Positions 51,188 through 61,670 of a DNA stretch of 64,000 nucleotides are shown one piece after another (position 1 is the first letter of the stretch; each line of letters opens with the position of its first letter). This stretch comes from Isurus oxyrinchus (Eukaryota). The DNA is taken from positions 19,406,001 through 19,470,000 of the forward strand of contig JANJGN010000022.1 of NCBI GenBank assembly GCA_026770705.1, read 5' to 3'. Below the pieces are notes generated by a model. That model had not been told where the DNA came from and searched no databases. It saw only the letters and a program-made list of their open reading frames with translations. A program made the position numbers and the translations under genes.

Positions 51188-51989
51188 CGGAGCTTGAATG
51201 CCATGATGTCGTAGATCTTTGCGATGATGTTCTTGTCCATGGAAAGAGTGACTCCGTGGAACGACTGGTATATGCAAGCTTTCACCAATGGTTTTCATGT
51301 CTTTTTGCTGGGATGAAATAGGATAAATAACTCTAGTCTAAACTCTTCAGTCCCCCACTGGTGTGTAACAAAGTTCTTTCCAGCTCATTGCTAGCAGGAA
51401 AGTGCAGTGGATCATGAAAAGGAAGATGGAAAAGGGGTCATGGAGTAAGAAGTCTGCTCAAAGTGCTTCCGGTCAGTGCCCCACATGCTGCCTGGTATCC
51501 AAATGGCCAAGTCTACCACTGCACAGGTGGATGCAGAACCATCTTTGACAGAACCCTCATGGGCTTCAATGTCCAAAGGGTGCCTGCCAAGAGCATCTGA
51601 GCAGTCAGTGCTGAGAGCTGAGCTGCCTGCCTCCTCCTAGCTCTGCTGAAGTGACAGGGGCTGCATCATTTTGGAGTAGCAGAAAAAGAGCCAAGATTTA
51701 TAGTTGCACAAGGATATGCATATGGGTGTGTTGTACAATGTTATTAAATTTCTGTTTCATTTTTGAGACGTGGTAAAAATTATCTGTTCGCACCAATTTC
51801 CCATCTTGACTGTCTTTGCCTGCTGCCTGGCAAGTGGCCTTCTCACTTGTGATAAAGGGTAAGACAAAACTAAGGCGAGCAATGGGTGTTTATGAAAGGG
51901 ATGTTTTGTTGATTGTTTTGCTGTTGTGTTGGTGGGTGGGGGGCTCTCTCAGTGGGCATGGTAACTGGGTTCAGCACGTGGCTGCCAGG

Positions 51990-52960
51990 TGGATAGCATT
52001 ATGCCATTATGAGAGCATCCTAGGCAACCATGTGAGCTGCTGCTGGTGCCATGGCCATGTCATGTTCCTCCTCCTTTCTACATTGCTGCACCTGCAACTC
52101 CAATCCTTGCTGGTTTGTATTGAAGGGTGATTACAAATCTGTCAAGGCACCCAAAGCTTCAACATGCCTATTACTTGCTCTAAAACACATCTCGTCATAT
52201 TATGGCTTTGATTATAGCACTCTTGCGTCTTATTGCTTGAGCTCCTCCCAGGTGTCACCAGCCACACCTAAGTAGATAGTCCTTGTCTTTAAGCAACCAG
52301 TTGGTAATTCTGTTCCGAGGTGCCAGCATCTCTGGGAGGGTGAGCTGGCAATGAATGTATCATAGCAGTTGCCAGGGAAACTTGCACACACCTGTGAAAT
52401 GCTTTTGTGGTTGCGGGCAAGCTGCACATTGACGGAGTGGAAACCTTTACTGTTCACAAACTCATTTGAATGCCTTGATTACCATGTGTGCAGACAATGC
52501 TGTCCTACACCTTTGGGGAGCCAGCCAGAGCTGCAGACTTAAGCTTCCGCTCATTCTGACTGTTTGCATCAGTAGCAAAGCGTATATAACTGCCTTGGCT
52601 GGCAAACATGGCATTTCACATGTGTGATGCATTTTATGGGTGACTAACTGCAGATTCCTGCAAATATCTCCTGCAGGTCCCTGGAAGGAGCCTGTGGAAA
52701 AGAAGTTGAGAGCAGTGACCATTTTGACAGTGACTGGTAAAGCATGACCATCAGATCCCCTTGGCAGCAGGTGGTCTTCCACCAGGTTGCTAATATCTGC
52801 GAAAACCTGACAGGATATTCTAAGCTTCCTGAGGCACTGGTATTCAGACATGTCCAGGACACTGGTCCTGTGCCTATATATACCCTGTGTTGTCGGTATC
52901 ACCTCTTGCAAGCTGTACCTCCATGCTCATCTGAGATCCAAGGTAAAGCAGCGTAAGCAG
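51990..52960 (-). pseudogene. Harbinger DDE transposase (HARBI1-like) remnant
   Basis: [59 protein letters not shown] (GDxGY-like); frameshifted. Confidence 0.85.
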
Positions 52961-54481
52961 CACCATGCTGAATTAAGGCAGATGGAAAGTGGAGATCAGG
53001 TGCACAAACCTCCAGTGTAGCGAAAGTCACCTCCAAAGCAGTGGAAGTCACTAAAAACAAACTTTCAGAATGACTCCTGTGAGCAAAAGCCTTTCATTAG
53101 GCAAGGAGGCAGGTGTGAGATCTGAGCACTTGGGGGATCTTTTTCTTTCGCCTGTTATATGTTTAGCCCCTTTAATTGCTGCTGTTCTCTTGCCTTGCTT
53201 TCACTGGAGAGTTCCAGGAATCCTGGAACATCTGTGTGCCCACAGTTAAAGTTGAAAACCCCTGTTAAAATAACTGTTAATTGCCTCTTAACATATTTAA
53301 ATTGGCAACCTGCCTCTCCCAAGGGGTTTTCCTGCTTGCAGCTGAGCAAGCTGCACTTAAATACAGAAATCGGCAGGTTGGAACCAACTTCCTGACATGG
53401 TCAATTACAACACTTTTAACCACCCATTGTTCCCAAACCAACCTGTTGTATGAAGTAAAAATTTCTTCCCTTGTCTTTTAAAGCACAATTCCTTCAAATT
53501 TCGCTATGATCTCAGTAACATAAACATTGTAAAATACTTCCCCTGTCACTACTTTTATGACTATTGCTGGCATTTAACTTTTACAACTAAATGGTTCATT
53601 TTAATATTGTTTCAGAAATCTTGAAAGCTTTTGAAAATCTCTGGAGATTTTGGGCAAAAAATTCAATTGATGATTGTATTTTTACAAAATATTGATGGTT
53701 GAGAGAATAGCAGCAATAGCAAACTAATTCAAACATCACAGTAAAAAACATGGGTACAGATATCTGGATGTTGTGGAAATTTCACAGATGTGCTTATTAT
53801 CAGAGTCCTGCAGTTTCAATATAATTGTGCCCAGAGAACAGTACTGGGCTATGTTGGCATTTAAACCCTCTGGTCACACCCTAAACGTCAGAAACCATTG
53901 TTCTAATGCAGCACAATTTATTCACTTGTCCTAACTGGACTTAATTTGGAATATTTCAGGGTTACATGTTTGAACTTCGAGATTCTCACACACTCCAAGT
54001 GACACAGGATACCTTGAAAATAAAAGTCCTTGCAAATTCTCCAGGGTTTTATGTTTTGATGTTTAAGATAACCTAGGCTCATCACTGTTAAAGTAGTTGT
54101 GAAGCAGCTGGTTTGTATGTGGTTCAAAAGAGGTGGCTAATGGGAAAAATAAAGATGAAAACTGGTCATCGTAAATATTTTGAAGTGAACAATGTGGTGA
54201 TTGTATCTCACCTGCTTTAGTTTGGATATAGCAGTCACATCATTGTGTTGCAAATCAGATCTTGCCCCTTTTCAAATTGGCCACTGAAATTGAAGGTATT
54301 ATGTTTTAAACTTTAGTCTTAATCTTTTGGCAAACTGACAGCAAAGTGCTGTTGTTTTAATAAATCTAGCAGTAGATTGTTTCAAATATTTCACTCTTTC
54401 AGTATGTTTAGTTACACAATGTCTAGTTTCTTCAGTAATAGTGCTTTTGAAATTTTCTTTTATTGTTGATCCTATTTGAGT

Positions 54482-54885
54482 AACATCCAGAGTTATAGTG
54501 CATAAAATCAACTTGGTATCCTATTGCACCTCTTCAGTTGCTCTCCAGTCATTGACTGCAAAACTAGGAAGGAACAGTGTGCAGACTGATCTTCATACAA
54601 AGTTTGAGGCCAGTCTAAATGTTGATTTAGGTCAGTAAAAGGCTTTAACGTTAATATTTAACATTAAAGGTGAATTTTGTTCTTTAATAGTTGAAACCAG
54701 TTTCATTATTATCTAACAGAGAGTGCTGGACCACCTTCAAACTGTGCACTTATTGTACATCAAAGTATTTTATTGTTACATTTGGAAATCTGACTCTACC
54801 TATCCAGTTATGAATCAAAATCAGTTGTAAACTTGTCACATTAGGGTTTCAAGCAACACCCAGAGTTATAGTGCTTAATATCAAC
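54482..54885. repeat. 31-bp direct repeat pair 373 bp apart
   Basis: aacatccagagttatagtgcataaaatcaac (54482) vs aacacccagagttatagtgcttaatatcaac (54855), 28/31 identical. Confidence 0.85.
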
Positions 54886-55682
54886 CTTAGCAAAAGGGGG
54901 ACTGGCTGATAGCTTGTATTAGAACATTACCTTTTCATGTCTAAAATTTAAGTTGTTAGATCTGATGGTAGTGTGTGAAGAAGGACTGGGTAAAATGCAC
55001 TCCAGGAAGGTTGGCTTTTTTATCTGATGATACCTGCCTCATGCAGCGTATTGGACCAATGCCCTCAACTAGAAATCAGTTGATATCAAGGTTAAAAAGA
55101 CTGTGTCTTTTGTAGCAAGCTGACTTGTCATCTGTTCTTGAAACTTCTGATTGCTTTGAAGCTCCCTGAATGAAATTTATAATGAGTTTATTTTTTAAAT
55201 GATGTGTAACATATCAATGAAAATAGAGATTGGCAGTGAAACCTAAATGACAAAGGGGAAAAATCTATATGTGAGCATTTATGCAATACAATTCTGATTT
55301 CAAAACATTTAATCTTGCCAAAAGAAGCATTTAAATTGATGCATCTAACAAGCTGAGATCATTATTTATGTTCCTACTTGTAGGTGCTGTTTCTGAGCTC
55401 CAAATTGCAGTTATTTTGTGGCACTTTACATTTTTGGATCATTAAAAACCTGTCTGGCAATTTCAACATGTTGAAATGATGATGACTTTTCTACCCATAC
55501 AGTTCGTGGCAAGCATCTAGTATTAATTTTTAAAATTCATTTATGGGTTTTGGACGTTGCTGGCTAGGCCAACATTTATTGCCCATCCCTAATTGCCCTT
55601 GAGAAGGTGGTGATGAGCTGCCTTCTTGAACCACTGCAGCCCATGTAGTGTAGGTACAGCACTGTTATAAAGCACTGTTATA

Positions 55683-55942
55683 TATATTGTTTGTCTACAC
55701 AAGCACCTCTGTCTCTCTCTCTATCTCCCCACCCCCCCCCCCCCCCCCCCCCCCCCACACCTTAAACCAGCTTATATTTCAACTCTTTCCTGGACTCGAA
55801 ATCAAGTTCTGTCGAAGGGTCATGAGGACTCGAAACGTCAACTCTTTTCTTCTCCGCCGATGCTGCCAGACCTGCTGAGTTTTTCCAGGTAATTCTGTTT
55901 TTGTTTTGGATTTCCAGCATCCGCAGTTTTGTTTTGTCTTAT
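55683..55942 (+). mobile_element. Penelope-like pseudo-LTR 3' fragment with hammerhead
   Basis: Tail nearly identical to the reverse complement of 39240-39390; TSD cactgttata (55673-55682 / 55943-55952). Confidence 0.85.
55805..55843 (+). ncRNA. Minimal hammerhead ribozyme motif with variant core CUGUCGA
   Basis: AGUU-CUGUCGA-A-GGGUC-augag-GACUC-GAAAC-GUC-AACU. Confidence 0.6.
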
Positions 55943-56598
55943 CACTGTTATAGAGGGAGTTGCAGGATTTTGGGAGTGAAAGAATGGTGATATATTTCCA
56001 AGTCAGGATAGTGAGTGGTTTGGAAGGGAACTTGCAGGTGATGATGTTCCCATGTGTCTGCTGTCCTTGTCCTTCTCGATGGTAGCAGTCATGGGTTTAG
56101 AAGGAGCCTTGGTGAGTTTCTGCAGTGCATTGTGTAAACAGTACAAACTACTGCCACTGTTCGTCAGTGTTGGAGGGAGTGAATATTTGTGGAAGGGGTA
56201 CTACTCGAGCAGGCTGCTTTGTCCTGGATAGTGTCAAGCTTCTTGAGAGTTGTTGGAGCTGCACTGATCCAGGCATGTGGAGGGTATTCCATCACACACC
56301 TGATTTGCCTTGTGGACTGGCTTTGAGGAGTCAGGAGGTGAGTTACTCGACGCAGGATTCCTAGCCTCTGGCCTGCTCTTATAGCCACAGTATTTATATG
56401 GCTAGTCCAGTTCAATTTTTGGTCATGGTAACCCCCAGGATGTTGATAGTGCAGGACTCAGCGATGGTAATGCCATTGAATGTCATTGGGGATGGTTAGA
56501 TTTTCTCTTGTTGGAGATGATAATTGCTCGGCACCTGTGGCGCGAATATTACTTGGCACTTGGCACCTCAAGCCTGGATATTGCATTTGGACATACAC

Positions 56599-56880
56599 TG
56601 TGTGGTTTTATCTAATGCGTAATATACCTTAAGAAGAATGCTGCAAAGGAAGATCACATGATCTTTAGTAATCAATAGGAAAGTAGCGCGGGCTACCTCT
56701 AGTCAGTCAGTAGTGTGGAGATAGTGTTTGAAGTAAAAGCACACGTGTAGTTGCTGCTGAGTACCTTTGTAAATAAACATAATGTTTTCCACCTAAGAAG
56801 TGCCTGCTGATCAACTCTATCTACAGTACCAACTTGGGCACCACTTACAACAAATGTGCAACAAAGATCCACAAGATCCA
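56599..56880 (+). mobile_element. Possible short solo LTR inserted in the LINE
   Basis: Non-LINE segment starting TG, with an internal AATAAA (~56772) and an ACAACA near its end; TSD unclear. Confidence 0.4.
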
Positions 56881-59800
56881 ACTGACTGCTTCAGTATCTG
56901 AGGAGTCGTGAATGGTGCTGAACATTGTGCAATCACCACCAAACATCCCCACATCTGATCTTATGATGGAAGGAAGGTCATTGATGAAGCAGCTGACAGT
57001 GGTTGGGCCTAGGACACTACCCTGAGGAACTTCTGCAGTGATGTCCTGTTACCAACGGATCAGATCAAAGCTCTGCAGTCCTGCCACACCCAGTTGTGAA
57101 TGGTGATGGACAATTAAACAACTCACTGGAAGAGGAGGCTCCACAAATAACCCCATCCTAAAAGACAGAGGAGCCCAGCACATCAGTGTACAAGATACAA
57201 TTGCAACCATCATCCTTTGTGCTAGGTATGATTCTGACTAGCGGAAAGTTTTCTCCGGGATTCCCATTGACTCTAGTTTTGCCAGGGCTCCTTGATGCCA
57301 CACTTGGTCAAATGCAGCCTTGATGTCAAGAGCAGACACTCTCGTCTCACCAATGGAGTTCAACTCTTTTATCCATATTTGAACCAAGGCTGTAATGGAG
57401 TCAGAAGCTGAGTGACTCTGGAGGCAGCTAAGCTGAGCACCAGTGAGCAGATTATTGCTAAGCAAGTGCCACTTGACAACAGTGCTAATGACCCCTTCCA
57501 TCACTTTAATGATGATCGCGAGCAGACTGATGGGGCGGTAATTGCCCAGGCTGGATTTGCCCTGCTTTTTATGTACAGGGCATATCTGGGCAGTTTTCCA
57601 CATTGCCAGGTAGATGCCAGTATTATGGCTGTACTGGAACAGCTTGGCTTGGGGTGCGGCAAGTTCTGGAGCACGAGTCTTCAGTACTATTGCTAGAATA
57701 TCGTCCAGGCACACAGCTTTTGCAGTATCCAGTGCCTTCAGCCATTTCTTGATATTATGTGGAGTGAATTGAATTGGATGAAGACTGACATCGGTGATGC
57801 TGGGAACCTCCGGAGGATGCCAAGATGGACCATCTACTTGGCACTCCTGGTTGAAGATTGTTGTGAATACTTCAGCCTTATCTTGTGCACTGATGTGCCG
57901 GGCCCCTCCATCATTGAGGATGGGGATATTTGTGGAGCCTCCTCCTCCAGTGAATTGTTTAATTGTCCACCACCATTCACAACTGGATGTGCCAGGACTG
58001 CAGAGCTTTGATCTGATCCATTGGTTGTGGGATTGCTTAGCACAGCCTATCATTTGCTGCTTATGCTCATGCAAGTGGTTCAATGTTGTAGTTTCACCAG
58101 CCTCACACCTCATTTTTAGGTATGCCTGGTACTGATCCTGGCATGCCCTCCTGCACTCTCCATTGAACCAGGGTTGATCCCCTGGCTTGGTGGTAATGGT
58201 AGAGTGGGGAATATATCAGGCCATGAGGTTACAGATTGTAATTGAGTACAATTCCGCTGCTGCTGATTGCTGACAGTGCCTCATAGATGTCCATTCTTGA
58301 GTTGCTAGATCTGTTTGAAATTTGTCCCATTTAGCACGGTGGTGGTGCTACACAACAGAATGGAGGGTATCCTCAATGTGAAGATGGGACTTCGTCTCTA
58401 CAAGGACTGTGCGGTGGTCACTCCTACCGATACCGTCATGGACAGATACATCTGCGGCAGGCAGGTTGGTGAGGATGAGGTCAAATATGTTTTTCCCTCT
58501 TGGTTCTCTCACTACCTGTTGCAGTTGTGTCCTTTAGGACTCAGTCAGCTCTGTCTGTGGTGGTGCTACCGAGCCACTCATAGTGATGGACATTGAAGTC
58601 CCCCACCCTGGCCCATGTTTGACCTGATGCCATGTGACGACTTGTGCGCCAGAGTCGATGTTGAGGACTCCTAGGGCAACTCCCTCTCGACTGTATATCA
58701 CTGCCGCCACCTCTGCTGGGCCTGTTCTGCTGGACCTGTTCTGCTGGTGGGACAGGACATATCCAGGGATGATGATGGTGGTGCCTGGGACATGATCTGT
58801 AAGGTATGATTCTATGAGTATGACTATGACAGACTGTTGCCTGACTAGTCTATAAGATAGCTCTCCCAATTTTGGCATAAGCTCCCAGGTGATGGTAAGG
58901 AGGACTATGTAGAGTCAACAGGGCTGGGTTTGCCATCATCGTTTCTGGTGCCTAGGTCGACCCCAGTGGTCTATTCAGTTTTGTTCCCTTTCATTTACTT
59001 GTTAGCGGTTGGGTACCATTGAGTGGCTTGCTAGGCCATTTCAGAAGGCATTTACGAATCAACCACATTACGGCAGAACTGGAGGCACATGTTGGCCTGA
59101 CCAGGTGAGGGTGGCAGATTTCCTTCCCTAAAGGACGTTAGTGAACCAGATGGGTTTTTACAACAATCAACAATGGTTTTATGGTCGTAATTGGACTTTT
59201 AATTTATTGAATTCCAGTTCCACCATCTGCCCTGGTGGGATGCAAACCTGGTCCCCAAAGCATTACCCTGTCCTCTGGATTACCAGTCCAGAAACAATAC
59301 CACTATGCCAACGCCTTTCCCTATTATGGACAGAATTGCCACTTTAAATTCTATGGATAAAATTTCAGTCAATATTCACTTATCATGTATCAAAATGGTG
59401 AACCAAGTATCATGTTACAGTCCATTCTTTATTTTTTTTTATTAACATCATGTTGTAGCTGAAACTTTTAGTACTGTACAATAAATCCTTCAGAATTCTG
59501 TATTTGGAAGACATGCACAAGTGTATGCTGTTGTGAAGGGAGTGTTGCAGAGAGTGATTTTTTTAATAGGACTTGTTAATAAGGGAATAGTAAATGATGT
59601 CTGTTTCAAGTGATAGTTATTGTGATTTACCAGAAAGAAATGTTCTGTGAGCCCCAACCAGTACTAATTTCATGTCAGGGTGTGGACAGCGGCAGATTTA
59701 CAGTTAGCAGGGCCCTGTGCTCAGTTTCATTTTTGCCCCCACCCCACCGAGACACAACCCAAAACTACAGGGCACTGGTAATATCACCAGCTTTTCTCAC

Positions 59801-59922
59801 AGTCACGTAACTACTTCCATACACTATTGTATAACCTCCGTTCTTTCCACTCAATCGAAAAAATTTAGTGCCTCTAACGAGGTAATACCACTTAGAACAT
59901 GTATGCAAATGAGCGCAGCTTT

Positions 59923-60018
59923 GCTCTTGTGGCGCAATTGGTTAGCACATGGCACATTAATGGCAGGATTGAGGTGTGTGCAATGCCAAGGCTGTGAGTT
60001 CAAGCCAAACCTAGAGGA
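59923..60018 (+). tRNA. Intron-containing tRNA-Ile(UAU)-like gene, probably a pseudogene
   Basis: GCTCTTGTGGCGCAATTGGTTAGCACATGGCACATTAA-[tggcaggattgaggtgtgtgc]-AATGCCAAGGCTGTGAGTTCAAGCCAAACCTAGAGGA is colinear with recalled vertebrate tRNA-Ile-TAT; CpG decay, damaged anticodon loop, acceptor stem 5/7. Confidence 0.75.
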
Positions 60019-61339
60019 ACTTCTGTTGAGCAGCTCATGTTCCAAAACACATGAGGTTTCAGCTGGCTGTGGAACAGGACACGATGCAATCTTGAGCAAT
60101 AAATGAATTTAATTAGAAGGGATCAATTTCTGTAGATTGAGAACAGATCTGTTCTGATTAAATGTCACAAGTATGAACATAAATCCTGCAAATACTCAGC
60201 AGATGAAGCAGCTTCTGTGGAGAGAGAAACAAAGACGATGATCCTTCTGATATCGCTGATCCTGCACTGTGTGTTTCATCTTGGTATTGACTCTTTAACT
60301 CGTTTCATGTTGTTCAATTTGTTGCCAGTTTCTCGGATTGAAAAGAGTCACAGTGACGATTGCCATAGTCTAAACCATCCGATGTTTATTGGTAAGAGAA
60401 GATTCTATTCAAGTTCAGGATAGAGATTAAAGTCCTTGGTTAAGCTCGATCTTACAAAACAGTTAATTTGTACCCAAGCTCACATCAAAACCTATTTATT
60501 GCCCTTTAAAATGTAAGAATATATGAAGTAGGCAATAGAATTCTCTAAGTACTTTAGGCAGTGTGGGCAAGAGAAGGGAGGTCATCATATAGTGGTCCCC
60601 AGGTTCATTTAACCTCATTTAATCTTCGATCTCTCCCCCCATCTTTATGCTGGAGTTTTAAAAAAGAGACTGAAATGTAATAACACTTTGAGACATCTGG
60701 TGGTTGTGAACAATGGCAATACAGCCAATAAAGTACTGTTGAGTTGCAGTCACTGTTGCACACAGGAAGCTCCCACAAATAACACGTGACCTTTACCGGT
60801 TAACCTGCTTTTGTAAAGCTGGTTGTACAGGGAAAATTCCCCTGCCCTTCTAGAAAACAGTGCCAGCCTGAACCCCTATTAACACACACAACAAAAGGGC
60901 TGAAGCTTCAAAAACATCAAAGCTGCCCCCTTTCCCACCCAGTTCCCTCTGAATGAATAGCATCCCTTTGCCTCTCGTTCCGTTTCCCCCACCCCCGCCC
61001 TACCAGTCAGTGTTCAATTCAACTTGGATCCCCAATCGGTTTTAGCAATATTCAGGCTTTCTTTTCCTGCCGCCGTACTGCCTACAAAGAGAAGGGCTTT
61101 TATGCAGTAATATGAATGTGCTGTGCATCCAGATTGTTTCTCTCTCTTCCCCCACCCCTCTCGTTTTATAACCTAAGTTGAAAACTAACTGCCCAGCAAT
61201 GCAATCTGGTGCCTCTGAAAGCTGGAACAGTGACACCATTCCACTCCCTAGAACCATGTTGCATTCATTGTACACACCCTGCACGACTGAAACCTGAAGC
61301 ACACACACTATAACTGAGCAAGCACAGCAGGGTGAATCT

Positions 61340-61670
61340 AAAAGCTGTAAGAGGTGACATTATTACAGGGACATCACTGGAGAGTGTTTCCCATCTCTCA
61401 GATCTCAGCCATTCATCCACATTGCCTGGAGCACTGAAGTGTAGGGAGGAGTTTGCTGCTTACCCCAAAACCTCCCCCCACCCACCTCCCTACTCTCTCT
61501 CTCCTGCCCTTTCACACCAGCCGCATCAAGCTTGCAAGTCATGTAATGGTTTATTTTAGTGTCTTGAGAAGGGGGAGACTGTCGGTGGATTTTTTGTGTA
61601 CAGCCGAGCAGACAGTTTAATGTCTCACCTGAAAGGCGGTACTTCCAACAGTTCAGCACTCACTCAGTTT
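61340..61670. mobile_element. Deu-domain SINE remnants in both orientations; another lies at ~60670-60870
   Basis: gacagtttaatgtctcacctgaaaggcggtacttccaacagttcagcact is the reverse Deu core. Confidence 0.5.

Larger units (their letters stand above)
48155..53470. mobile_element. Decayed two-ORF PIF/Harbinger transposon with convergent Myb/SANT and DDE genes
   Basis: ttg|ggggagatttt ... aaaatttcttccc|ttg (imperfect TIRs, 3-bp TSD); remnants of both ORFs. Confidence 0.75.
55530..59321 (-). mobile_element. Apparently full-length single-ORF CR1-group LINE (APE + RT) with a tRNA-like 5' head; degenerate, with nested inserts
   Basis: MPKLGELS..LVRQQ..IVILIESYL (EN start), 291-aa RT ORF 57238-58113 (PVHKKQ..NYRPISLL, LDIKAAFDQVWHQG), 3' tail gggatgggcaataaatg; A/B boxes at the 5' end. 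Confidence 0.85.

Noticed and set aside
52462-52911. Possible domesticated HARBI1 gene
   Set aside because: Frameshifted, catalytic motifs damaged, and flanked by TIR-like ends and a Myb partner, so it is a dead transposon
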